DNA from: Promethearchaeota archaeon
Lineage (GTDB): Archaea > Asgardarchaeota > Lokiarchaeia > Sigyniarchaeales > SOKP01
Direction: 5' to 3'
DNA length: 15,033 nt
NCBI GenBank assembly: GCA_008080735.1
Contig: SHMW01000019.1
Location: 18,581-33,613, forward strand
Within the stretch, counting starts at the first letter, position 1. Each line of letters begins with the position of its first letter. A program made the position numbers and the translations under genes. Positions 1 through 8,036 of this stretch are shown in pieces. Below the pieces are notes generated by a model. It was not told the DNA's origin. It saw nothing but the letters and a program-made list of their open reading frames with translations, and did not search any database.

Positions 1-134
1 GCCTTAATATATTATTCTTAGCTATACTATGTACCTTAGAAAAAAAATCTAAAAAAGATTTCAATTCTAAAAAAAATCCGTTTTATTATTATTCCTATTA
101 TTCTCTTACATTTTATGGAACCCATTGGTTTTTA

Positions 135-386
135 ATGTATATTCCGATTCCGTCTTTAAATTTGATAACTTTTTCAATTCTTATTTTAATTATTTTTGTA
201 TTTTATACTCTTTTTTTAGTTATTATGTATCGTAAATTTAAAGGATTGTTCTCTGGTAAATATATCCTGGGTATTATTGCGGAATACATCTCTCTAAAAA
301 TTGAAGAATTTAATTCTCGGACAGAATTAAAGCCATTTGATAATATGATCTCTAAAATCAAACTTAATATCCTCCCTAATAAATAA
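135..386 (+). CDS. Doubtful hypothetical small membrane protein (83 aa)
   Basis: ORF track; hydrophobic N-terminal stretch, but this derives from T-rich low-complexity DNA and no family motif is recognised. May be spurious. Confidence 0.2.
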   Translation: MYIPIPSLNLITFSILILIIFVFYTLFLVIMYRKFKGLFSGKYILGIIAEYISLKIEEFNSRTELKPFDNMISKIKLNILPNK

Positions 387-546
387 TGGTCATTATCAAA
401 AGTGTAAAGTATTTCATCAATAAAATTTCTATATTATAAAAATTCAATTTCCTTTTGGGTTTGCTAAAAATCTTGATTCTGTACAAAATTATATTCTTAG
501 TTATTTAAGAGAAATTTTGTTCTTGAGGGGGTAACAAAATAGATTT

Positions 547-567
547 GAAAAACTATCTTTTTTATAG
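547..567 (+). promoter_or_regulatory. Putative archaeal promoter (purine-rich BRE-like GAAAAA plus TTTTATA box) for the 590-745 transcript
   Basis: GAAAAA at 547-552 and TTTTATA at 560-566, about 25 nt upstream of the start of the structured element at ~591. AT-rich background lowers specificity. Confidence 0.35.
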
Positions 568-589
568 AGTGGAATAGTATTAGATATTA

Positions 590-745
590 AAGAAGGGTTA
601 GCAACTAAAAAATTTGCGATGAACATTACCGTTCCACTAACATTGGATTTCGCCCTCTTTAAACTCTCACCGAGTTTAATTCTCTCCCTCTTTCTTTCAT
701 TTGTGTGGTGGTGATGTTCACCCTTTTCACTTATTCTTTTTTTCT
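590..745 (+). ncRNA. Candidate structured small RNA of unknown family
   Basis: Manual fold: AGAAGGG 591-597 / CCCTTTT 721-727; hairpin GCAA 601-604 / TTGC 614-617; TGAACATTACCG 620-631 / TGGTGATGTTCA 709-720; CCAC 634-637 / GTGG 705-708; apical perfect 8-bp hairpin TTAAACTC 659-666 / GAGTTTAA 672-679 with loop TCACC. G-U wobbles work on the + strand only. Upstream TATA-like box, downstream T7 tract, locally higher GC than the flanks. Confidence 0.55.
619..714 (+). CDS. Possible 31-aa hydrophobic peptide MNITVPLTLDFALFKLSPSLILSLFLSFVWW (below ORF-track cutoff)
   Basis: ATG 619-621 to TGA 712-714, read manually; C-terminal ~20 aa are TM-like. May be a by-product of a pyrimidine-rich RNA. Confidence 0.25.
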   Translation: MNITVPLTLDFALFKLSPSLILSLFLSFVWW

Positions 746-766
746 AACCAAAAAAAGGGTTATTTT
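734..766. terminator. Bidirectional oligo-T terminator region with small hairpin
   Basis: T7 tract at 737-743 on +, A7 tract at 750-756 (T7 on -, downstream of the MBL hydrolase stop), and TAACC 745-749 / GGTTA 758-762 inverted repeat. Confidence 0.45.
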
Positions 767-799
767 AAAAAATAATCTTATAGAGATAATAAAATCAAT

Positions 800-1603
800 T
801 TAGGATAAGAGCTCTAAAATATTGAGTTTAAGTCCATCTTCTCCTGCTATCACGCGCTCTATGTTTGTTAGGGCTTGAATTTTTGCGACTTGACTCGGAA
901 CAAAATTTTTTTGTGAAAGTGGACTGTCCATATACGCACCAAAGTGATTTAATATAAGTGTTTTTGGAGGAGGGCTGATTTTATTTAGTTCTGGTAAGAC
1001 CTGATCAGTTGAGAGATGCCGACGACAAATGACGGAATCTGGACGTAAAAGATTGAGGATTAATATATCTACCCCAATAAATTGCTTTCCAAATCCCTCA
1101 AACACAGTAGTGTCACTACTATAAGCGATTGAATACTCATTTAAGTCAAAAATGATTCCAAATCCTTCTACATCGGCATGGGTTATTTTTGTACCATTGA
1201 GTTTGAGATCCTTATACTGAATCGATTTTGTGGCATTTAGAATATGAACTTGTTCAAGCATATTTAAATGATATTGCGAAAGGTTTTTGACGACTTCTTT
1301 TGTTGTGATTAGCGTTCCCTTTCTGTAGTAAATATGATTTTTATCATGGAGTACTCTTCTGGACCCTTCAATCATAACAGCTAAATCATTATAATGATCC
1401 AAATGAAAATGGGTGACGATAAATAATTCTGTTTTTGTTGGGTCTTCTTTATATTGATTAATACGCACAATAGCACCTGGACCAGGATCGATATGAGTTT
1501 GTATACCACCTATTTTTAATAAAATTCCCCCCGTTGCTCTATATTGTGTTCTAACATGGTGTCTTCCGCCCCCTGAACCAAGAATAATTATTTCATCATT
1601 CAT
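800..1603 (-). CDS. MBL-fold metallo-hydrolase (RNase Z/PhnP-like archaeal family), ~267 aa
   Basis: LGSGGG start motif, DPGPG, THFHLDH (HxHxDH), TH, SDT, HLS and HFG metal motifs. ATG at 1603 (MNDEIIILGSGGG) is preferred over the ORF-track TTG at 1669 because the family fold starts there. Confidence 0.9.
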   Translation of the reverse strand: MNDEIIILGSGGGRHHVRTQYRATGGILLKIGGIQTHIDPGPGAIVRINQYKEDPTKTELFIVTHFHLDHYNDLAVMIEGSRRVLHDKNHIYYRKGTLITTKEVVKNLSQYHLNMLEQVHILNATKSIQYKDLKLNGTKITHADVEGFGIIFDLNEYSIAYSSDTTVFEGFGKQFIGVDILILNLLRPDSVICRRHLSTDQVLPELNKISPPPKTLILNHFGAYMDSPLSQKNFVPSQVAKIQALTNIERVIAGEDGLKLNILELLS

Positions 1604-1684
1604 TAGAATAAATGTTTTTGATTTAATTAAGAAAAGATTAATTGAACTTATTTTTATCCTTAAGCTCAAATCATAAGGGTGTGA

Positions 1685-2212
1685 TTATGGGTTTTTTCGA
1701 TTAATAAGCTTTTTTGCCATCATCCTAAATGCTTTCTCAACATTATGCCCTGTCTTAGCAGATGTCTTTACATACCCCATCATATTAAAAGTATCCATTA
1801 TATTAAGCATTTGCTCGTCATACACCGCAATAAAATCTTTCAAATCATATTTTGTACCCACAAGAATAATAGGCAAGGTGATATCATGGAGACGAACAAT
1901 ATTAACCCATTCCACCAATTCATCCATGACGGGCTCACGAGTGAGGTCGGTTAATAATAAAGCGCCCCGCGCTCCCATTACATAATTCTCAAGTAGATGT
2001 CTAAACCGCACTTGCCCCCCAAAATCCCAAAGTTGAAGTGTGCATTCTGCTTTGGAATCAAATTCAATTTCTTTAATGAAGAAATCTACGCCGACCGTCA
2101 TAATAGTTGATTCATCGAACTTACCCTCCACATATCTCCGTAATAAGGAGGTCTTCCCTGAGCCCGCATTCCCAGCTACTAAAATTTTATAGAGATATTT
2201 TTTTTTCTCCAC
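1685..2212 (-). CDS. Rab/Ras-like small GTPase (Asgard type)
   Basis: G1 GNAGSGKTS, G2 with RabF1-like TVGVDF, G3 LQLWDFGGQ, G4 GTKYD, G5 TSAKTG; 175 aa, GTG start, no C-terminal Cys. Confidence 0.95.
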   Translation of the reverse strand: MEKKKYLYKILVAGNAGSGKTSLLRRYVEGKFDESTIMTVGVDFFIKEIEFDSKAECTLQLWDFGGQVRFRHLLENYVMGARGALLLTDLTREPVMDELVEWVNIVRLHDITLPIILVGTKYDLKDFIAVYDEQMLNIMDTFNMMGYVKTSAKTGHNVEKAFRMMAKKLINRKNP

Positions 2213-2378
2213 ACAACCAGCCTTTTTCTAATGTAATGGGTCTCTATTGTTATTATATAGTAATGCATATTTAAATATGGATTCTTTGTTTTTGTAGCAA
2301 TCCCTTTGAAAAGAATTCTATAAATTTCCAAGAAAGCTTATATGGATGTCAAGATTAATAAAAGAAAAAAAAGTAGAT

Positions 2379-3689
2379 TTAAAAGACACTTCCCTTAATT
2401 GAAGGATAAATAAATTGAAGGAAACTTTGAAGAAGTCCGTTGAAATGAAATATTACTATTAGGAAAAGTACAATCATGAAAATAGAAACTCCTAAGGCGA
2501 CAAAATTTAATGCGATTTTTTTCTTGGATAATTTTGGTTCAGAGAGATTCTGCGTTTTATAGAAGATTTCAATACCGGCAATCCCTATTAAGACAAATGA
2601 ATTGAAATAAAAGAGAAGTTTAAACACAGGAAATCCATATGACCAGACAATAAAGCCCTCTTGATTAACTTCAATCACTTTACCCATATATTCCGTAGAG
2701 ATAAGGTAATTTCCGTTTTCTAATTGGTCGGATTCATAAGGAATCATTAAATCTCTCTCAAACATCCAGACGATTTCTTGTGTTGTTCTATTTATTTCAA
2801 GAATGCGGTTATTATAACTATCGGTAATAAGTAAATTTCCGTTATCTAACTCATCGGCATCTCTTGGCCAGCGTAATTCTATCACACTTTCCCATACTTT
2901 TTCTTTGTTAGAATAATTTACTTCAACAATTCTATCATTTTCGGAATCTGCAATAATCACATTACCGTTTTCTAAGTAATCAGGGTTATGTTGGCGTGAG
3001 AGTAGAGTTGCATTTTCATAATCTCCATACCACCATACTATATTTGATGCATTATTCGCATTTATGGATTCTGCGCTATAATTTAATTCGACCACTAAAT
3101 CAAAATTCCTGAGAGACACCAAACAAGCATTCCATTCCCCGTATTGCTTAAAATCCACATCATTAATATGAGTCCAATCATAGGTTTTGGGATTATTATA
3201 ATAATGATTCTCATCCCATTCTTCATTAACCTCCGTCCAGTTAATTTTAGACGGCTCCCAAGACCAAATGATTTCTTTAGTATTATAGTTAATTTCTATT
3301 ACCCGATCAAAAGTGGTATCTGCGACTAGTAAATTCCCATTAGGTAGTTCTTCAACTTCATGTGGCATTGCTAAACCCGAGATTTCCCAAGTTATCCTTC
3401 CATTTTCATCTATTTCAATGATCCTGTTATTTGCCGAATTAATAGGCATAGGAACTTGATTGCGAACACGCGGAGGATGTGCAAACATTTCATTTAAACT
3501 CACCGCACAGATTAGAGTGTTGCCATTTGCTTTTCGATCAACATCGTGAGGGGCTAAAAAATTGTTGTTGAAAAATAATTGGGGGATCATTACCAAGTTA
3601 AAGGAAACTAATAGTAATATTATCAGTATGCGTATTTTGGTTCGAATTCTTAATCTTTGTATCCGCTCAATAAAATCATCAAGCGTCAT
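2379..3689 (-). CDS. Membrane-anchored arylsulfotransferase (ASST)-like beta-propeller protein
   Basis: DWTHINDVD and SRQHNPD motifs typical of the ASST family; repeated blades (E/D)LxNGNxLIxDxxNxRIxEIN..IxW; one N-terminal and two C-terminal hydrophobic helices. Confidence 0.8.
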   Translation of the reverse strand: MTLDDFIERIQRLRIRTKIRILIILLLVSFNLVMIPQLFFNNNFLAPHDVDRKANGNTLICAVSLNEMFAHPPRVRNQVPMPINSANNRIIEIDENGRITWEISGLAMPHEVEELPNGNLLVADTTFDRVIEINYNTKEIIWSWEPSKINWTEVNEEWDENHYYNNPKTYDWTHINDVDFKQYGEWNACLVSLRNFDLVVELNYSAESINANNASNIVWWYGDYENATLLSRQHNPDYLENGNVIIADSENDRIVEVNYSNKEKVWESVIELRWPRDADELDNGNLLITDSYNNRILEINRTTQEIVWMFERDLMIPYESDQLENGNYLISTEYMGKVIEVNQEGFIVWSYGFPVFKLLFYFNSFVLIGIAGIEIFYKTQNLSEPKLSKKKIALNFVALGVSIFMIVLFLIVIFHFNGLLQSFLQFIYPSIKGSVF

Positions 3690-3746
3690 ACATTTCCTAA
3701 AAACCAGATGATATTTAAGATTTGTTAAAAAGCTATAAATGCCAAT

Positions 3747-5954
3747 CTATAAAGACACCCTTACTATTTTGTTAATCTTATCTAGAAGTTGATCAAGTCT
3801 TTGAGCTATTTGCTTTTCTAATTTTCTTTTGGACAAATTTATTTTTTGGGATTTTTTTAGATTATAAAGGTTTCTTACTTTTTTCTCCCCTAACTTTCCG
3901 TAGTATGCTAATTTTTGATGATAAATGTTTTTTTGATTAAATTTTTGTATAGGTAAATTAAATGGAATTTTAAATATGTGCCGTGAGCTTTTCATAATTC
4001 GGACTTTTTTGGTTAATAATGGAGAATTAAGAATTGCCGAAAGATAATAGGCCTCTTCTAAAGAAGATGAATTATAGAAACTTAAATCCCCTGTAACGAT
4101 AAAATTTCCTTTTAGAACTGCCGCTTTCAAAAGCGACCCTGAATTATTGTAGACGACTTTAAGCCTTGCTTTTTGTCTTTCATTACATAATTTAGACCAT
4201 CTATTTAAATTATCCATTAAAGAATTGGTTTTCGTTGTGCTTTTTTTCAAATTCATGTATGTTTTATTAATTTTGTCATAAAATTTCTTGGCTTTAGGTG
4301 GAAGGTTGGTATAGTTAAATTGAAGCGTCTCCCGAGATATAGGAAGGAAAACATTATATTGATCGAAAATAAAAAACTTTACAAGTTCAGTGCTTTTAAT
4401 TACTTTGAAAATATGTAGTTTTTCAACGATCTCATCATTAAATTCTTTCTTTTTCCATGGAGCTTTCGCACGCTTAAAGATTCTTTCATCAGGATTTATC
4501 TTATAGTATTCATTATTAATATCTTCAATATTTACAAAAATAAGATTTCTGGGATTTAGATCCGCACCTTTATGAAACAATTCTTTATAATAACTTTCTT
4601 TAAGATTACCAAGTTCTTTTTTCGTGTCTTTTGGGATTAACTTTTTAGTATACATTTTCCCATTTTTTTTAATAGAATCAAAGGGCACTAATGGTTCTTG
4701 TTTAACTAATTTAAGAACTATGTTTCTGAAGTAATCTACATCTTGATTATTGTTTTTCAGACCATATATGAAATTTAAAACTTCCTTTTGGTAATGATTA
4801 TTATTTAACTTTTTTTTCGCAAAGAGACAGATAAAATTCACATTAAATGTTTTTTGGATTGGATCTGAAAAAGACCATATTTCTACATCTTCCAAATCAT
4901 GAAAATTTCTGAATCGAGAAGCGTGCGAACCATTGATGATTCCCTCTGATAATACAAAAAAGATTTTTCCCCCATCTTTCAAAAAAATTCTATGAGCTTG
5001 ATAGAAAAAAAGAGTAGCTATTTCTGTATTCAAAATATTTTTTGCTCTGGGTTTAATTTTCAGCGATTCCGCCAAGTGTTTAATAAATTCTTGTTCTTTC
5101 GCTGAATTTACGTCTCTTAAAGTATACCATGGAGGATTTCCTATAATTAAATCAAATTTTTGTTTGATAAATTTTTCATTAGGATTTAACGAGTTAATAT
5201 TATAAAGATTATTGTTTAAATCAGAGAAAATTTTTTTTAGTAGAAGGAACAAATTACATCTCGAGATAAATATAGAAATTGGATTGATATCATATCCAAA
5301 AATTTTGTTAATCCATTCAACCTTCTTTTCTCTGGAGTTATCTGATTCGATTATTCTTTTTGTTATCGCAAGTAAAAAATTGCCGGAGCCACAGCAAGGA
5401 TCAAGAACCTTCTCTCCAACTTCATAAATATCCACCATCTTTTCTGTTAGAAACGGAGGTGTGTAAAATTCTCCAGTATTATGACGAATATGGGAAGGAA
5501 TTAATTTCTGTAGTGCAAAATCTAAATAATAGTAAGACTTTATTTTTTTAGATTCAATTGAGTCTAATAATTTCTGAATAATCGCCCCTATTTTGGAGAA
5601 ATCATTTTCAGATAATAAATGTTGAATGGGATTAAAATAATCGAGATCATCTGCAATTAATTTTGGGTAATTTTGCTTGATTTCTTTTTTGATTTTAATC
5701 AACTGCTCCTTATAATTCTTATGAGAATTCCCAATAGTTCTCTGGAATCCAAACTTTGCGATTAAATGAAAGCAGAGAAAATAAATTAAGGAAAAATAGA
5801 TATATAAATCCATATTTACGTTCTTTTCAAAATAAAATTTACTAAATACTGTTTTCCATTTTCTATACTCTTTAGTCTGTTCAAGCTCATATTTCTTAAA
5901 TAAAATTTTAAAAGAGCTAAATTCATGCTTAAAATATTCCCGAAATTTTTCCAT
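3747..5954 (-). CDS. N6-adenine DNA methyltransferase (gamma class, type IIG/Eco57I-like M + target recognition region)
   Basis: GEFYTP (motif X), VLDPCCGSGNFL (motif I), GYDINP, FDLIIGNPPW (motif IV), LKDGG; C-terminal EAYYLSAILNS typical of TaqI-C/IIG specificity regions. Confidence 0.9.
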   Translation of the reverse strand: MEKFREYFKHEFSSFKILFKKYELEQTKEYRKWKTVFSKFYFEKNVNMDLYIYFSLIYFLCFHLIAKFGFQRTIGNSHKNYKEQLIKIKKEIKQNYPKLIADDLDYFNPIQHLLSENDFSKIGAIIQKLLDSIESKKIKSYYYLDFALQKLIPSHIRHNTGEFYTPPFLTEKMVDIYEVGEKVLDPCCGSGNFLLAITKRIIESDNSREKKVEWINKIFGYDINPISIFISRCNLFLLLKKIFSDLNNNLYNINSLNPNEKFIKQKFDLIIGNPPWYTLRDVNSAKEQEFIKHLAESLKIKPRAKNILNTEIATLFFYQAHRIFLKDGGKIFFVLSEGIINGSHASRFRNFHDLEDVEIWSFSDPIQKTFNVNFICLFAKKKLNNNHYQKEVLNFIYGLKNNNQDVDYFRNIVLKLVKQEPLVPFDSIKKNGKMYTKKLIPKDTKKELGNLKESYYKELFHKGADLNPRNLIFVNIEDINNEYYKINPDERIFKRAKAPWKKKEFNDEIVEKLHIFKVIKSTELVKFFIFDQYNVFLPISRETLQFNYTNLPPKAKKFYDKINKTYMNLKKSTTKTNSLMDNLNRWSKLCNERQKARLKVVYNNSGSLLKAAVLKGNFIVTGDLSFYNSSSLEEAYYLSAILNSPLLTKKVRIMKSSRHIFKIPFNLPIQKFNQKNIYHQKLAYYGKLGEKKVRNLYNLKKSQKINLSKRKLEKQIAQRLDQLLDKINKIVRVSL

Positions 5955-6096
5955 TAATTTTCTCCTTTTTTTTAAAAGCTAAATTTTGTCATCTTTCTCT
6001 ATATACATTTATGAATTATATTAGATTTAAATATCAATTAAAGAATTAGATAGATAATTAATTCCTAATCTGATAGTTACTAATAATAAAAATTAA

Positions 6097-6111
6097 ATAG
6101 ATCAAATCTAT
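6097..6111. promoter_or_regulatory. Perfect 6-3-6 inverted repeat ATAGAT-CAA-ATCTAT, possible operator
   Basis: Lies in the divergent intergenic region, 33-47 nt upstream of the TTG at 6144 and next to TATA-like sequence. Confidence 0.3.
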
Positions 6112-6143
6112 AAAATCTTTAAAAATAAGCTAATATAAGAATA

Positions 6144-6746
6144 TTGACTTCTACGGATAACCTTTCAAAATATTTTAAAGACGGGATTTATTTCTCTTGC
6201 CAACTCTGTGGAGAATGTTGTAAAGGGTTTAATAACGGGGAGGTGTATTTATACCATGACGACATCGTAAACCTCGTTAAATACATAAATGAAAATATGG
6301 ATAGAGACGAAACACTAACCTCATTTTGTAATAAGTATGTAAAAATAATTCATACCAGCTTTTATTGGAAAAAAGAGGGTGCAAGCAGAGGAAGAACCTA
6401 TTCATTTAAGACTCTTGGATTCAAATTTGAGGGGGACGATGAACACTGCCCGTTCATTTCGGATGAGAATCTCTGTACTGTTCATGAGGGGAGACCTTTT
6501 CAATGCCGAGCTTATCCGATTGGATGGAATATGCTTATTAAAAGTATAAGAAATTTTAGGAAATATTCACGAGAATGCCCAGGACTTCAAAAGGCTCTTA
6601 AGAATGAGGGGCATTATTATTCCCCCGAGGAAGTAATTGATTGGGCTCAAAAAGAATATGAAATCGAGAAAAAATTTTTCTTAGAAATGAAAGAAAATGA
6701 ATTTGATATTTATAAAGTGTATCCATATTTACCCAAAGATCTCTAA
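6144..6746 (+). CDS. YkgJ-family (CxxCxxCC) Zn/Fe-S cluster protein
   Basis: FSCQLCGECC, CPFI...LCTVHEGRPFQCRAYP, ECPG motifs; TTG start. Confidence 0.9.
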   Translation: MTSTDNLSKYFKDGIYFSCQLCGECCKGFNNGEVYLYHDDIVNLVKYINENMDRDETLTSFCNKYVKIIHTSFYWKKEGASRGRTYSFKTLGFKFEGDDEHCPFISDENLCTVHEGRPFQCRAYPIGWNMLIKSIRNFRKYSRECPGLQKALKNEGHYYSPEEVIDWAQKEYEIEKKFFLEMKENEFDIYKVYPYLPKDL

Positions 6747-7822
6747 TCTCTAACCTTTTTCTTCTCTTTACCTTGATATATAGCTTTTCCTAAAGCTAGA
6801 ACTCTTTCATAAGGTTCTTCCCTGTCCTCTCTTAATTCCATGTTTATAGCATTTTCAGGACATACACTTGCGCATAAGCCGCATCCGATACATCGCTCTC
6901 CATCAATAATTGCATATTCCGTTAATGATATTGCATTGATTGGACACCTCTCAACACATTGTCCACAAGAAATACATAGATCTGAATTAAAGGAAGATAC
7001 AAATAAAGCATTCAAAAATCTATGTTTATCTAATCCATATTTGGTAATTCCTTTCATAGATGCACAACAGCATGGACAACAATTGCAAATATTTGATAAG
7101 TGGGTAGTGTTGGCTCCAGCATGAACTAACCCTGCCTCGTCTGCTTTTTCTACGATTTCAATTGCTTCTTCTGCCGAAATCTTACGACCGAGCCCATTCT
7201 CAATATAATACTCTGCAGCTGCACCAAAACTCAAACAAGTCTCTAAGGGATAGTCACATCCTTCCCCTAATAACCGCGTTTCTTTTCGACATATACAATC
7301 CGTTACAGAAATAACTCTTGCTTCCTTAATACTTTCTTTTAATCGATGGTATGGGTATAAAGTTGTTGTTGAATCAATATTCTCCTCTATAGGTATTACT
7401 TTAAACCCTGGTACTCCGCTAGCTCCTAATTCCTCCATATATGCTTCATTATAATATTGATTAAAGAGTTTGGCTAAGTTCTTATCAATTTTTTTCACAG
7501 AATATTCGTACAATCCAATCATAAAAGGCGCAGTATTATAATATATTTGTCCGTCTCTACGAATTCTAAAAATAAGTCCCTTTTTTGACATAGAATAGAG
7601 TTTTTCTTTAAGATATTTCTTATCAATATCATGTTTTCTGGCAATTTGTTTAACAGTTAAGGGAATAGGGTTTAAAAATGTGGCAATTTCGGCCTCCTCC
7701 TCTGAAAATAGAGCTTTTAAAATATCTATTTCAATACCCGAAGAAGTTTTAGGAAATCCTAAAGGTAACTTGTCAAGAAATTTCCTTAATTTTGTGTATG
7801 GGTCATTTTTACTTTCATTCAT
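6743..7822 (-). CDS. 4Fe-4S dicluster protein with N-terminal winged-helix-like domain and Cys-rich central domain
   Basis: N-terminal LFSEEEAEIA...QIARK...LYSMSKKGLIFR; CICR..C..C and ICNCCPCCC; C-terminal CISCGQCVERCP and CIGCGLCASVCP. Stop overlaps the convergent YkgJ stop by 4 nt. Confidence 0.88.
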   Translation of the reverse strand: MNESKNDPYTKLRKFLDKLPLGFPKTSSGIEIDILKALFSEEEAEIATFLNPIPLTVKQIARKHDIDKKYLKEKLYSMSKKGLIFRIRRDGQIYYNTAPFMIGLYEYSVKKIDKNLAKLFNQYYNEAYMEELGASGVPGFKVIPIEENIDSTTTLYPYHRLKESIKEARVISVTDCICRKETRLLGEGCDYPLETCLSFGAAAEYYIENGLGRKISAEEAIEIVEKADEAGLVHAGANTTHLSNICNCCPCCCASMKGITKYGLDKHRFLNALFVSSFNSDLCISCGQCVERCPINAISLTEYAIIDGERCIGCGLCASVCPENAINMELREDREEPYERVLALGKAIYQGKEKKKVRD

Positions 7823-8036
7823 TCTTTTCTCACATAGTATATTTTCCGTGCTTGGGAATGATTACTCTACTTAATTAATAGTTAAAATATTATGGCTAAG
7901 ATTATATTAAATTAACTTTCTTTTAGTCAAAAATATCTTATTGAAATCTCATTATTTTTGTGAACAGACAACATTATTTTTAATAATTATTTACAATACC
8001 TAGAATTATAATAATTATATTATGAAAGAATATTAC

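Noticed and set aside
616-720. C/D-box sRNA or eukaryote-like SECIS reading of the structured element (GCGAUGA, GUGAUGU)
   Set aside because: No CUGA D boxes, the UGA motifs sit in canonical helices instead of tandem G-A pairs, and there is no convincing upstream same-strand selenoprotein gene.
712-747. Sec read-through of the 31-aa ORF (WW-U-CSPFSLILFF)
   Set aside because: Extension runs into the U-tract terminator and no SECIS is visible.
594-762. Telomere-like GGGTTAG / CTAACC / AGGGTTA words suggesting a telomerase-like RNA
   Set aside because: Single short words with no 1.5-repeat template; explained by local hairpins and chance.
1604-1669. N-terminal 22-aa extension of the MBL hydrolase from TTG 1669
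   Set aside because: Low-complexity sequence containing a TATA-like TTAATTAA; the family fold begins at ATG 1603.
2700-3430. Recurrent CCGTTTTCTAA-type DNA similarity suggesting a repeat array
   Set aside because: Reflects beta-propeller blade repeats in the coding sequence; not CRISPR or tandem DNA repeats.
7950-7980. TTGTGAA Rex-like half-site flanked by CATTATTTT direct repeats in the hdrA divergent promoter
   Set aside because: Second half-site is absent and such AT-rich repeats are expected by chance.
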